From positions 26,281,972 through 26,345,971 of the forward strand of contig OZ316891.1 of the NCBI GenBank assembly GCA_973895155.1: a stretch of 64,000 nucleotides of DNA, read 5' to 3'. The notes beneath the pieces are model-generated. The model saw only the letters and a list, made by a program, of their open reading frames with translations, was not told the origin of the DNA and made no database searches. The number at the start of each line of letters is the position of its first letter. Position 1 is the stretch's first letter. Source of the stretch: Marsupella aquatica (taxonomy: Eukaryota > Plantae > Marchantiophyta). A program made the position numbers and the translations under genes. Below, one piece after another: positions 24,801-39,107 of the stretch.

Positions 24801-25662
24801 CACCTTTGAGTGCATACAACCGACAATTCAATGTAGGGCTTTGGAATACATGTAGGAGACAGGTTAGAATCTGTGTTGCAGTACACTGCCAGGCTTGAGC
24901 TTTTAGTTCTTCACTGGTTTAGTTTTATGGTTAAGACCATACCCCCCAACGTCCTGCCAGGCCCATGAGTACTCATCGGCCTGTGCGGCGGACTCCTAGC
25001 ATACCACGACTGCCGCGGACCACAGGCTAAAATAGATTGCAACTTACAGGTAGTAATGGTAAACCATCCCAGTCGCGTTCCCCACAAGAACCATTACTAC
25101 ACTGTCAGAGGGGGTTTATTGGGGCAGATCTGAACATAATGGGTTGATTAAGCAAGAAATAGTCCAGAGGGGTCGATTAAGCACATACCTCCGCATACTC
25201 TTACTATTAGAGCGGTAAAATATAGTGAATTTTGGCCACTTAAACAAAAAAGGCGGTTCCAGAAGCGGTCTGGTTGGACTTAACTCGATGGTGTCGTTTT
25301 GTGCTTACCCATCGAACCGTATCAGTTGTGCCTGAGCTTTGGGAGAGGCTCCGGATCGTAGATGCTGGGCCAGCACGACTCTGTCAGCCTCGGCAGGATG
25401 GTTCTCGAAGTCCATCCCAAACCGTACTGTCTTGTCTGGATCGGCATGGGTTCGTACGAAAGAAACGGTGCAAGAGATTGCGTTGCTGAGTCAGCAGAGG
25501 GTCACTTCTTGTCGTCATGTGACGCGTGTCTCGGTGTGGATAATGAGAACAATGCAGGACAATAGACTGGGTGTAGATAGAGCATCGCCAGCAAGCCACG
25601 TTGCAAACTTTATACGGACTGAGATCAATACAGTAGGCTCTGTCCAAGCGCACACTATATAA

Positions 25663-25939
25663 CAGTCTATTTTTTAAGGTTTTCATTTTTTCGAGTGTGT
25701 GTGAAGGAGACGATGCTCAAAACAATTCTTATTTTATTTTAGTGATCGTTTAGATTTTAGCTAAAGGGACATATGATTGCAGGGTGTCACTCTAGATTTA
25801 AGGAAGTTCGTTAGATTTTGGCTAATGGGACCTTGATTAAGTGAAACACTGAATAATGAGACAAAAATACTAGCCAATTTTGGTAAAAAATGGCAAAAGA
25901 ATTTTTGGGAGGTGGAATTTGGCGAATTTTCGCCAGTCA
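25663..25939 (-). mobile_element. Diverged inverted copy of the hAT MITE at 21623
   Basis: 25790-25939 is the reverse complement of ~21623-21785 (e.g. TAGATTTAAGG..TTAGATTTTGGCTAATGGG vs CCCATTAGCCAGAATCTAA..CCTTAAATCTAG). No TSD is visible. Confidence 0.6.
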
Positions 25940-28188
25940 AAAAACATTGTTGCCTCATAAGCCTCTTTCGTACCTGGTAAGCGCATGGGCATCGTGTTCG
26001 TCAATTTTATTATGCGGAATTATTATGCGGAATAAGCGTTTTCTATGCAGCTTTTCTAAGCTTGACAATGGAGCATTGACAAACCTTCTATCATGATGAG
26101 ACCATGATGAGACCAAACCAAGACAGCCAATGGTCATCCAAAAAAGTAGCCGAGGGATTACATTTGACGCTTAAACTATGTACGTACCCACAAAATCTGA
26201 TACCGAAGTTGAAGAACACAATTGTCTATAGACAGTTGCCTGAAGGTTTTAACAAACATCCTTTGGAATCAGGGGTTGATATTTGAGCCAGTTATGTATC
26301 ATTTCACGCTGGGAATCGTGAGTCCCTTGATTGCAGCTAGCTCTGTGTGCAAATAAAATGCACGGACTTCCAGATCGTAGCAGACAGCAGCCAAGCCATG
26401 TAAAATCTAGCTTTAACAGCTCTGGTCAACCTGGTTAGCTTTGTGATTGATAAGGAACCACTGTTGCCAAACAGTCACCATGTATAGCGGTATTGTACGG
26501 TTTCGCTGAATGGAGCGAACTTGATTCAAATGAATAGCATAAGTCACCTGACTATCAATTCTGGTCCGTCCTAGCAAGCTCGAGAGCGTGCGTAGTTTCC
26601 TCTCAGAAGATGAGCTCGGTCCATGGAGCGCAATAAGTGAGGCTGAAGCCTTGTGCGCACAGTCTTCTCATCATTAACTATTGTTACTCCAAAGGCCTAC
26701 TGTAGGTGGTGATATACGACGGGAATGCACGCAGATTGAAATGCTGCTTGCTATTGTAAGGTCGACCGGTCGAGTCGGATTGGATATAAAAATTAACCAT
26801 GCTATTTCTCAGGGACGAGCTCTGCATTACTGTCGCTATGTACTGTCCGCCTCTCCTTTCCTGTCGCAGTTTCACTATGAAAATCATTTCAATTGAGCTG
26901 AAGTTCTCAGCTCTAGCTATAGCACAAGTGCTCTAAATAACTCCATACGACGAAGCAAGGGAACCCCCAAGGGAATTGCTGCGTCTCCTTTTGACACGGG
27001 ACTTTGCATCCAACCAACCACATCGATGTTTCGTACCTTCAGGACATGTGATACCTCCAAAACCGTATGTGCTTCTCCTGTCTCACACAGACAGCGCACA
27101 ATGCGAACTCTTACTCTCTCTCTCTCTCTGACTGGCCGTTACATCTAGTTCGTACATGGCAGCAAAACGTGCTCATTTACTGTCATCGCGATTTGCTCAC
27201 TGGACATTCTTGCAAGATCATTCTCATCATCTTTCTCGCAATAAATAGGAGGGCGACATCGCCATTTCACACAGGTGACAAGATTACGTTACTCCAGTTC
27301 AAATGCAAGAGTAGGTACGGGAAGCTCGAACTTGATATCTGTACCACCGACGGAGTCTAGTAAATTCTTTACATTTATATTCCCATGATCTAGGCTCCCG
27401 ATAGCTAGGATCACTTGGTACTGTACCTCTCGATATGCTGTACGCTTTGGGATCAGATATTTGGAGCAGTCGGCGTTCTGTTCATAAGTGTAACTTTGTT
27501 TTGATACCAATTCAATTGAAGCGATATATAACGTCTCGCATCTTTTCGGGCAGTAGCTACCATGCAATCTTATTAATTTGAATCCCCGCCTTAAAAAATA
27601 TCGTGCTCCTCTCAATATTGGAAACCCTTGCTGTGGAAGAATCACGAAATCGAAGGAAGCTACCTAACTTGGGACACTCCGCCATATAGACCTGTCCTTC
27701 GAGATGAAATGCACCTTCGAACGACCAGATTGAAGCTTTCATTGTCTTGCTGCATAATTTTGACCCACAAAACGAAAAGGGCTCCTGCTAGCGCTTTGTA
27801 TTGTTCTGCCCCGCCATTGGCCATCAGGTTTGAGGAGTACAAAAGAGTGGCATTTTTTCCTTTTGGAGAACATTTTGGACTTATTTGAGTAACCTAGATC
27901 CACTTTGCATCAGGACCAGTGGTGCTTTAAGTTCATCATAGGGCTGTCTTCAAAGACATTGGGGCATCCGGGGCAAGGTCACGAATTGAACTTGCTTTAA
28001 TCCTGTCTCGAAGATACTTTCTCCAATGCAATTACTGGAGGATTAAATGAATGTGTTGATAACATCTCCAAGAGGTGGTAAGAGCTCCAGATTTCAAATG
28101 TGAGCAATATTTATGGTGGCGGGTATGGCGGTGGCAACATCTTCCTTGGCAACTTGCATGACTATTTTCACGTCGTTAATGTAAAACT

Positions 28189-28632
28189 TGTTAGATATTG
28201 CTCTAGTCTTGTGACTCATGAGCTAACCATAGTTAGTCTAACTTGAGTTAGGATTTAGTTAATGTTAGCGGTAGTGCTGTTGTGCATATAGTCAAAGTTG
28301 ATGCCAGACCCTGGTGAAACTTAGGCTCATTGTTACGGAGCTAGTTGAGAGATAGGGAGAGCTTGTGTTGTGGATGTTTGATATGGCCGGTCGACTTAGA
28401 ATGCAGTAAAATTCTTGTGTGTTCTCGTGAACGTAACTTCATGTGGAGATAAATCACATATCTCTCTGTGTCGATTCTTGTGCATTGGATGGTTCATGAG
28501 TTTACCGTTACGAATGTCGTCTATGCTTAACAGAACTTGAATTTGCTTCTAACTTGTGACCTATAGTAGATTTGGGTTTGATAATGAAATCATTCTGCGG
28601 CAACTAAATTGCTGTAGGCAAAAGTTCCAACT
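28189..28632 (+). mobile_element. Probable solo LTR (TGTTAG...TTCCAAC)
   Basis: Starts TGTTAGATATTG. The first ~200 bp recur at 50565-50765. The right end is inferred from a TTCCAAC motif and no TSD is seen. Confidence 0.55.
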
Positions 28633-31600
28633 AGTATTTTAGGAGCACCCATGTATTCCAAGGATACTCAATTTACGATATGCGTGCATGCCAAGCTGCA
28701 TTTCAACTAAGTTATTTAATAATGGTCCACTTCATTTATGTCAATCTCCATCTCACGAGTACATCCCATATGAATCTCTCGTGGATCGGACATCTTTATA
28801 ATGAGACTCTCTTTATGTTCCTCAACTTGCAATTGTGGCTGTACTTATACATATGGGTACTCAAAGTCCTTGCCTTTAGGGCACGAAGAGATATCACGTT
28901 CATCAGCATGCACGACAACATTCTTTATCCTGAGCTGTTGAACAACGATTGAAAGTAAGTAAAGGAGTCCTGACGACGAAGTAACGATAGAAAGTGAGTA
29001 AAGGAGGAAAAAGAAGCACTAGTAAAGAGTTACTGTCTAGGTGCTGAAAAGAATATAAAGCCAGGATGGACGTATGGGGTTTGTTATGAAGCCTGGATGT
29101 ATTTCCAAAGCTCAGATGCCAGACCATCTAACCAGACTTGGACTAAAATGTGATCTTAGTCATCTTCCATTAGTTTATTTAGTGGTAAGTAACGTTTATC
29201 TACTGATAAGTAGCTCATACCTAAACTACTCAGGGAGTCCTTGACATTTAAGTGATATGTTATTCCCAAAGGTTATTCTCAATCATGCCCAAACCCTCAA
29301 TAATGCTTAAACCATTCAGGGTGTTCTTTGCAAACGTGAATAGTTTGTTGGCAGTTGGTTTATTCTATTATCGACATTTTAGAATCCTTCTAAAAACAGG
29401 CAGCAGTCATTCTTTATATCTGTGTTAAACTGCCTGATGACTTTACGATCTTAGCTTGCAAGACAAAACCGTCCCTCTTAGCTTGCAAGTAGGTGAAGAA
29501 TAATTTAGAAATGTACGTGTACACAACAATGGTTAGAGATAGTTTTTTTTTCATTCTCAATTAATGATGATAGCACTGTGTATGACACTCATTAAGATCT
29601 TGTAACTATCAGGCCGAAACTGCGACTCAAGCTCATTGTGACCGAGTACTAAATTAATGTTGCTATCATCATGTGATACGCTCCTAATATTGTACACGTA
29701 TCTAAGCTTTCAATCTTGTATGAGATTTGTTTGGGAAGTTCAAGAATGACTTTCAGTGCGTGAGAGTGGCCTCTCTTGCTCACTTATGACGGTGACGTTT
29801 GGTCTAACGTTGGATACTGCTTGCCACGATGTATCCTTGACCTCGGAATGGAAAATGCGAAGATAGCGATTTATAGAGGTGGTTAGCAGGTACCTTCAGG
29901 AGGAATATGTATCCAGAAGTAACAATCTAGTCGACTATACAATTTTTATGGTATCCTGTCCTGCAACTGCCATATATAGTGTGATCCATCAATGAGTATC
30001 GGGATGATCATCGATGCATGGATTTATCGCAGGGATGGGATAAATTGATGTATCTCCCGATCATTGTCCCCTATAAGTCCAGACGTACTTTATAGCTCCT
30101 GATAATAAATGCATGGATTTGTCGATGAATATCATCCCGATAGCATGGATTTTCTGGAATCCCCGATCAATATACTTTAATTAGACAATTCTCAGGTTGT
30201 ATCCTTCATAGAAAGGATGTATTGCAGTGTCAGCTTCATTTTCTGGATTGACAGACCACCAACAATTCTTCTGTGTACTTTGCCACCTTGCACGTCACCT
30301 TTTTTCATTACAGTATTGAGAAAAGAAGCACCTTTTGATATCAATTCGCTTCATAAATTTTTTTGGATTGGAATGCACGCAACTTTCTTTGGACCACAGG
30401 ACCTTCACCTTTGTGCAGATTTCGTAGAAGTAAGCATGGTTGCAAAACACAAATAAAAATAACCGTGTCTGGTGACTTGTGAATCGCTTGATACCCTTTG
30501 AAAACGCATTCCCGGGATAAAAAGGATCCAATCTGGAAACTCTCTGAAGTAGATTGATCGGAAATGTACAGACAATCTTTGCATGGATAAAATTTTGCCC
30601 CCAAGCTTCATGGCTCTTATTTATCTTGGTACGTTGCCTCCAACTCTCCCCACCACATTGTTCCCCGCATTGTTCTAGGGCAATAAGTTAGAGAAGGAAG
30701 CCAGGGAGGCATGCAACAACGACCCAGTGAGGAAGCTTTCGATCCGATCAGTTATATGTCTGACACTTGCTAAGTCAGGCATCAGAGCGTGCCCTCTTTG
30801 GATAGATAGATCGAGAGAGGACTAGCTTCAAGATTTTTAGACCATATATTGTGATGATACACATACAGTTACCCCCACAATGGGGAAGGCACATTCGCAC
30901 CACACAGTTGGACTGGACAGAGCTAGTTAGAGTGAAATAATCTTTTGCATTAAGTCCACTCTATACTTTGTACAGTTATTGTGGCCCCATAATCATGTCA
31001 ATGTGAACGCCACTTGGTGAACATCCCCCATACTAGACTTAATCACCTACCATGGTGTTGACTACAAGAGGAAGTCGGTACACTTAGTACAAAGCTTTTC
31101 GAAGTTATGTCAGGAGCATACTAACTTGAGGTGATACTACCCTGCACTTTTCGTCCGGGATCTTCAGTGACTGGAGCTGTTAGGTTTGAAAGAAATCGCA
31201 CATCAAAAAAAGGATTCCTGGATTTCATTGGAGATCAATCTCGAGCCCAGTCCTGAAATGTTGGTGAGCTGTCTAAGAAATGATGTTACAAACTAAGTCA
31301 AGTCTTACGGGATCATTATATGGGTCACTTTTTCCCAATATTTTCGGTTTGCTTTCAATTGCAGTAGTTGCACATCTTGCGTTGCGCTTTCTTTGTAACC
31401 AGCAAGACAGCGGTGGATAGAATTTCAAAAGTTGACAAGATGATGCGAACTTGTGTATCTGGACATCAGCAGCATTTTTCACTCCAGGCCACTCATTAAC
31501 ATCGAATTGAAAACCTGATCCTCAGTCTGACGACGCACCAGAGCCAATGCCAATAATAGTAACACTTGTACTTCTGCGTTGAATATTTGAACACAACTTA

Positions 31601-33774
31601 CCCTTTTTCGTATCCATGACATCCATTATCGTACCTCCTAAGATGGTTGACTAGCCTGGCTGGTAAACAAAGCTTGTGTTCGTGGGTACATGAAAATGTT
31701 CACATTCTCGACAGCCCTGATCTACCTTGAGTTAGAAAAGCAACCGACAAGCAACCCGGCTGTCGACCAATTCAAAGAGGGCAAAAAACAATTGCCGAAG
31801 AATGACACACTGTGGCATAGGTGGCAAGATGTAGTGCAGAAAGGGAGAGAAACTGCATGGTGTAGTCGTTCACCGAACTTCTCCAAGCTGAGATGACGTG
31901 ATTAAAGGATAGAAATCTAGAGGACTGAGATCGTGTCTCAAAAACAATTGGTTCCATTCAAACTTTATCGTCTCTCATTGACGCCTTCTATTGTTTGAGC
32001 TCTGTAAGTCAGAGATGATGCAGATCTGGGACCAGCATCCAGTGTAAGATAGGTGACACTCTTTTCTTCTCCAGTGGCCGTCCCTCGGTCGTACGACCAC
32101 TCCTAAGTTTGATCTTCCACTTAATCCACATGACAAGCATGATTACTGATCTATGTCCCGGGAGCTGCACATAAAAAAGCAGCAGTTGACAAGTGTACCT
32201 GGGTACACGGAAGGAAGACCAATATAAAACAACAATCAGAGTTTACCATTGTGGGATGACAAGTCCATCCAATGTGTGGAGAAATGCCACGTGACAATGC
32301 TGGTGCTTTTATGTGCATTTACCAAAAGATACCCCTTTGCTACAATTGGTTACTGCAACGATACCCCTTGGCCGGCATTTGATAACTGTTCTATAATTAA
32401 GCTGATAAGTGCTGTATTCAAAGTAGAGCACCTTGCCCTGATGAATCTCAATTATTCTCAGAGAAGAAGGCGAAGAACAAGTTAGGACTCAAGTGGACGT
32501 TACATGACTGACTCACCAGAACACAGGATGATTCCACGTCACAATCTTGGGGATAGAGTTGGAGAGGGATCATGCTCAATACCAAAAGAGAAGATAGCAT
32601 GAACTGCAACACTCATTAGTACAGCCTGATGTCCTTCCAAATTGATCAAACCACCGACATTGCTCTACTGTGATTATCAATTTTAAAGACCGGGGGGTGG
32701 GGAGCGCAAGAGAGAGGAAGTGGAGATTCCAATGCCCCATTCAGTATCAACGTACATGATGACGAGCCTTGTGTAGTTATATATCGTCTGGTCCTAATGC
32801 CCGAATGATCACCAAAGTGGGGTTTGACTCAATGTAATTTTGAGTGAGACAAAGCGAGAAAATTGCGGGTGGCGAAATTGGCGCAACAAAGGAATCTCTG
32901 TCTGAAAGTTGCAATCAATACTGTTCGCCAAAAATCGACCGCCAACAATTTGGGATCCTTACCAATTAGAGATCTAGTTTTATCTCAATTCTCATTAGCT
33001 CTCTAATGAACTTTTTCATGATTTCTATTTTTACGTCAATCGTAACTAAATAGTGCTATTAATATCTCAGGCACATGTATCTGTCTGAGAGAGACGATCC
33101 GCTTTTGTCAACCATTGGCGTTAAGATTCTCTGCTGGCGACCTCGTCTGTCTGTCTGTTTCTCTGTCTGTCCACCGCACCATGCTCCATACTATCAGCCC
33201 TTGTGCCCGGTGAAAAACAATATGCATGGCCGATGCATGTGGCAGCTCTTCGATTTATTGATCCTTATGTTGCAAGAGAAAGAAGTCAACTTGAGTATTG
33301 TCTCCACTTTGGGTGGGAGGTAAGGACAATTAATCATTTTGGCAGGTGTAGATCTTCCTTGCTTGAAAATAAATCACTGTAGAATCCTCGACGAGTAGCA
33401 CGGCATTGGCTTCAATGGACAGTATGGCACTTAAATTGCACAATCTTCTCTCGGGGGCTTTACGAATAAGTAGCAAAGCAACCTGAAATTCAATGTCAAC
33501 TTCGCATCTCAAGGAAAAGAGAATAGGTAGGCAGGGGACCCTAGCTTCAGACCAGTTCTGTCGTGCCCTGAGATTTCTATGACCAGAGGGTGGGCAGCGT
33601 CGAAAGCTTTTTCCTTCCCTTCGGTCAACTCGCACTGATAAAAATAATATATCCAAATCCGAGCAATTCATTTGAAGGAAGTCGTCGTTCATAAAGGGGT
33701 GGAGTGTGGGTGCTTTTCATAACAAAAGGAAAACCCACGCGTCGGAGAGGAAATCGGGACGACATAACAGTGAT

Positions 33775-33967
33775 GGTGCCTTGAAAAGTGGTCATCAGTC
33801 TATTATGTGTGAAATTTCCTTTCGTGCCTTGAAAAGTGGTCATCAGTCTATTATGTGTGAAATTTCCTTTCGTGCCTTGAAAAGTGGTCATCAGTCTATT
33901 ATGTGTGAAATTTCCTTTCGTGCCTTGAAAAGTGGTCATCAGTCTATTATGTGTGAAATTTCCTTTC
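33775..33967. repeat. Near-perfect minisatellite, 4 x 48 bp
   Basis: GTGCCTTGAAAAGTGGTCATCAGTCTATTATGTGTGAAATTTCCTTTC repeated four times. Confidence 0.95.
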
Positions 33968-34385
33968 CTTCTTTCCTTTTCCTTCCTCGGCACGGACAGT
34001 ACTTTGGGCCTTATTAATCTCCTTTCGCAATTTCCCGTTAGTTGTACTATCTGTTTCGTCCACGGCAGTACTCTACAAGGCGGCGGGCCACAATATGGAG
34101 AGCGAAAGACGGCAAAAGAGCGAAGACGCTGCCACCAAGACGGAACGAACGAAAGTGAATCTGTCCTCGCATAGGTAGACTGATCAGTGAGCGGCAACAA
34201 CGAAAACTTTGGGCTGTGATGCCCATGTGTCACATGACTCTGGGCGGAGAACAAAAGGTCCCTTACCCATTGCCAACCAAGCAATAATACCAAGTCCTCG
34301 ACCAAATGGAGGCTGTTAAAATGGCCTACACTGGATGGACAAGAGGCAATGAATGCTGCAAATGTCATCTAAGGAAGAGCCCTAA

Positions 34386-34988
34386 GAGCATCTGCAACTT
34401 GGTGGTTACATTAAATACCCAGTCTGCCTCCCATAGCATCTCCAATCCAGCATCTCCAATCCAACTGGGTTTTGCAAATTGGGTACATTAACTATCCAGT
34501 CCTATAGTGTCCTATATTTAGTTCACTGTATATATTTTAGGGGCCAATTGGAAAGCAACCCCAACCATAATGAGATAATTAATCTTCTGAAAGGTGTGGA
34601 CCAAACCCAATAAAGTAAATCTAAAAAATCAAGTCCAACCCATTCAGTCTATGCTATCTGAATTTCAGGAATGGAGTTTTTGTTATTGAATTTATGTATG
34701 GGAGATATTATACACTAGTCAGCTCCTTATCAGATTGTTGTCTAATCTTGATACCTGCTTGTTAGGGAAGATTACCCCATCAGGGTTGGGACTATTTTTT
34801 AGTTGGCCCCTACAGATAAGTAGGGTAAACTAAATACAGGACATTGTGTCAAATTGTATAGTTAATGTACCCAGTTTGCAAAATGCTCTCACAATGAGTG
34901 GGCTAGACATGACTTTTTAGATTTGCTTTAGTTGGGTTTGGTCAACACCCAAATAGAGGAGCAAAATGCAGTTGGCTGGAGGACGCTC
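34386..34988. mobile_element. Tourist (PIF/Harbinger)-type MITE
   Basis: TAA|GAGCATCTGCAAC ... GGAGGACGCTC|TAA, with an internal inverted pair TTTGCAAATTGGGTACATTAACTAT / ATAGTTAATGTACCCAGTTTGCAAA. Confidence 0.65.
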
Positions 34989-35394
34989 TAATAATATGTG
35001 TGGACTTGCCAAATCGACCTGTCGACACGAGCGCACATTCAAAAACTGCCATTGACTATTGAAAAGCCATGAAAGAAGGTTAGATGAGTTGTTTCCATCG
35101 TCCTACTAAAGTAATGAACTCTGCCACATGTTCAACCCAAAGTGACACGTCCTTAACTCTGATACAGTCATCCTCAGCTGCTTGACAGCAATCTGGTCTA
35201 GCTCTCTCCATTTTTCTGATGTCGTAGCCTTTCTCGTAGAAAATACGGCTTGTCGATGTACAGCACATAGAATATACAGATTCTCTGGACTCGCCAACGA
35301 TCAAAGTGACTGAGTTAACCAGTCAACAAACATGTCACATGATTATTTGCTAGATTCTAGATGGGGCCCGTTGGCCAAGATAGACTCTACAATA

Positions 35395-35539
35395 TTGTGT
35401 GCTCGTCCACCACCTATCATTGATCATCTATGTCACCTCTTGAATTAGTGAAGGCATCTTTTCCCTACTGTGTGCTCGTCCACCACCTGTCATTAATCAT
35501 CTATGTCACCTCTTGAATTAGTGAAGGCATCTTTTCCCT
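35395..35539. repeat. Tandem duplication, 2 x ~74 bp
   Basis: TGTGTGCTCGTCCACCACCT...GAAGGCATCTTTTCCCT occurs twice. Confidence 0.85.
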
Positions 35540-36648
35540 CTGCTGGTAATCACAGAGCAAAATGTGGTAACATACTTCGCACTCATTGATTTAAAAAACA
35601 ATTAGAGGTTTATCATAGTATGGAGGTATGTCATACACGTATGTCATATTTTGATGTGTATCTTTTCGGACTCTATTTCGATCTGCAAAGAATTCGCTGG
35701 CACGTCATCACCTTGAGCACGGCCTAAGTAAGGAGAAATTTATCTTTCAAAATAAGGTCGATAGAGCCATCGAAACACCAAAGCTGTCCTATGTATTGAC
35801 CTCAGCTATATTCCATGACACACCACACTCCATTCCAAGAAACTTTCCCCACTATTTTCGCGAATTGAGGCCAAGCAACTTTGAACTAAACCAGCAGTGA
35901 TCATGATCCTGATTTTGTAGTGATACAGCGTACGAATTTTTTATTGGAAAAATCCAGTTACAACAAAGCGAGAACGCTCGTCTTGTTAATTAATGAATCA
36001 TCAGGAGATGGGCCATCACCACAGGGGCAGCTACTTATGATACTCCAGTGCTCGCTCATCTAGAGTTCCAGATTGACAAAGCAGCTAGCTGCTGGTCTAC
36101 CTATGGCATGCAAGCCCACCGCCCACATGACCATGCCTCGTCGGCAGCAAAGTCAGAAGAACAATCAATCAATAGTCTTTTGAGTGGGCCACAGGTTGGG
36201 CCGCCATATGAGCATTGATCTCACCCGATAGACATAACAACAAGACGAGTGAGCTGCAGCGAGGCCGAACACAAATACGGTAGCTAGCAGCCTGGCTTAT
36301 AAATAATCGCCAATCGATTTTCTGGTTCGGTTCTAGCCGTGACGAGGAGATGGGACGACTCAAGCGGAGTTGGGCGGAAGGGTTCAGAAGTTCACGAGAG
36401 TTAGCTACTTCACGTGGGTTTCTTCAAGTCCGGCTGACTGATTTGTACAGCATTGGTTGAATTCAAAGCCTATGTGACATACGAACAGACGGAGCACATC
36501 GGATCGCCCAAACAACGGACCGACCCAGCACCTGCAAGCCTTATCTGCAGCAGCACCTTGCTGGCTAGAAAAAATAGTACATGCTATAATACCAAGCTAG
36601 CGTGAGACGAATTGATGCCTCCCTCATCAATTCCACCGGCCCTGATGA

Positions 36649-36772
36649 TGAGAAAGAATTCAACCGCACAACTCAACATCCCACAAAGTAAAGTACATAG
36701 CTAGGCGCCTGAGAAAGAATTCAACCGCACCACCTCAACATCCCACAAAGTAAATTACATAGCTAGACGCCT
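36649..36772. repeat. 2 x ~61 bp duplication in the PIP2 3' region
   Basis: TGAGAAAGAATTCAACCGCAC..CTCAACATCCCACAAAGTAAA.TACATAGCTAG.CGCC occurs twice. Confidence 0.8.
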
Positions 36773-36807
36773 GATCATTGCTCCAGGACTGAGGCTATAT
36801 GTATGCA

Positions 36808-39107
36808 CTAGATGTTGCTCTGGCTGCGAAACGATCCGAGGGCTTTGAACGGCCCGGCCCTCAGCACATATTGGTGATAGGCAGCTGCGAGCGCTGCTCC
36901 GATGAATGGCCCGACCCAGAAGATCCACTGCACACGCCACACACATTTAGAAAGCACCACCAAGAAACCAGTCAGAATCTGGCAATCCCAATTCTACCAG
37001 GGTAAAAGTTCGTTTGGAGCTTAGCACTGAGTTCAGATTCATGCTCGTTGATGAAACCAAAAAAAAACGCCACCCCACTCCGTTCATGTGAGATTTTCAT
37101 GGAAAGGACGCATGATCACGTCTCCAGTACGGAGTTGCGTTCAATAGACTTTCCAAACTAAATCTAACCCAGCTTAAATTTAGTACAACCGATACAGGAA
37201 ATGCATGCAGTCGTAGATGACGCGCGAGTACAGTACGGACACGGAGCCAACATAGTAGGAAACGGAGAAAATGGAGAAGGCCCTTCGTAAGTCATGATTG
37301 ATTAATGCCGGAAGAAGAAGAGCAACGGTATGTGATCTTTGCAAGATCTGGAGCAGCTGATCAAGTGATGGAGAAAGGCACAGTAGCGAAGGTGAGAAAC
37401 TCACATGGTCATTCCACACTTGCGTCCTGTTGTAGATGACGGCGGCGCCAAAGCTCCGTGCCGGGTTGATCCCGGTGCCTGTGATGGGAATAGTCGCCAA
37501 ATGGACAACAAAGACGGCGAAGCCAATTGGAAGTGGAGCCAGAACCTGGTCATCACATACAAAACTACATGAGTCAGAACTGAAAATCATATATCTCGAT
37601 ATTTTACAACGAGGGATACCCTTCCATGCAAGCCTGAGAAGTGAGAACGCCACTACTTGCCGAGACAATTCCGCCTTACATACGGTTTCGGACAGTAAAC
37701 GCCATCAGCCAATCGTTAGATAAGATACACCGGATATAACGAAAACATTTAGAGTAAACGAGATTCACAAGGAAAGCTTGATACTCCACTTGCGAAAAGA
37801 GAAACCTAACCTTCGCAAGTACATACAAAAAATACTGATGTGGAAGTGAAGTGAGTAAGGATTTACTGAGCCTTGCTAATTCTAGGTATTTGGGGAGTCG
37901 GGAGAGGCTGGGTAAGGTACATACCGGAACATGAGAGTCGCGAGCGTTTCGTTTGGGATCGGTAGCAGAGAACACGGTGTACACGAGAACAAATGTGCCG
38001 ATGATCTCGGCCCCGAGGCCAGTTCCTATTGTGTAACCATTTTGAACAACATTTGCTCCGCCATTTAGACTTTCGTAGTAGGATGTTTGCCAGCCCTTCA
38101 CCAGCCCAGCTCCGCAAATTGCTCCTAGGCACTGAGCGATTATGTACAGCACAGCACGAGGGAGTGTCACTTTTCTTGCCAAGAAGAGGCCGAACGTCAC
38201 TGCTGGGTTGATGTGTCCACCTGCACAATTTCAAGGATAAACCTTAGCCTCCTGGATGGCTCTGCAAAGGGTACGCCAAGTGGAGCATAGTGGACAGCAA
38301 CCAAAACCTCGACGGGCCATCACTGTTTATATTTTGAACACGATTTTGATAATACTGGCCAAATCCAGGAGATCCTACCGATACCTCTGTAGCCTTGTGG
38401 GTGGAAGACCTTGAAGGAAATACTAGATTTTATTCCGAAAATTAAATCAAAACATGTTACTTTGGTGGTCTGACCGGGTTACGCAAAAACCCATCAACCC
38501 TGTATATTCTGGAGGGCGGTGAGAAATGCTGGCGAAGAATCTATCTACTTCCGCTTATGTCTGCCTGCAGGCAAGATGGAGAGACTTGGAGAGACCAGCT
38601 GCAACCATAATACTGTCTACATTGGCAGCCGAGGGAATTCTAAGGTTGGGAAGTCGATACAGCAGCTACAAGTCAGAAGCGAGTGACACCGCTGAACATT
38701 GGCAGCGTAGACCACGACGTTGTCGTGACATTCGTGATCGGGTTCGTGATACAATGAAAGGAGAATGGTTATTACCAAGTTGGGATGAAATGGTAGAACG
38801 TACCTGAAATCCCGGCAGTGCAGTAGACAAGAATAAAGATCATGCCTCCAAACGCCCATGCAACTCCGAGCATCCCAACACCACCACAAGCTCCAGATGT
38901 GGAACTCGAATGATTGTTCCCAATAACAGTTCCGATGGTGATGTACAGGAAGAGGAGAGTGGCGACGAATTCAGCAATAACGGCTCGATACAAACCCCAT
39001 TCTCCGAACTCGCTCATCTCAATGAGGCGTGCTGGAGGCGGATCAGTGTAATCCTTTCCATGAGGATACCCCTCGCCTGCCACATCTTTGTGAGCGCTGT
39101 CTGTCAT
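36808..39107 (-). CDS. PIP2: Plasma membrane intrinsic protein (aquaporin), PIP2 type, 286 aa; exons 39107-38804, 38220-37925, 37545-37405, 36927-36808
   Basis: [37 protein letters not shown] and [11 protein letters not shown] (two NPA motifs), WIFWVGP and C-terminal KALGSFRS. Short N-terminus, and three GT-AG introns at the canonical PIP positions. Confidence 0.96.

Noticed and set aside
24935-25190. Telomerase RNA or hammerhead ribozyme
   Set aside because: There is no CTAAACCCT-type template (only TAAACCCCC), no CUGANGA/GAAA core, and no recognisable Pol III USE.
33625-34368. 247-aa ORF containing 4 x 16-aa repeats, and a possible CRISPR-like array
   Set aside because: The ORF is open partly because of the 48-bp minisatellite. 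There are no unique spacers, no cas genes, and the context is eukaryotic.
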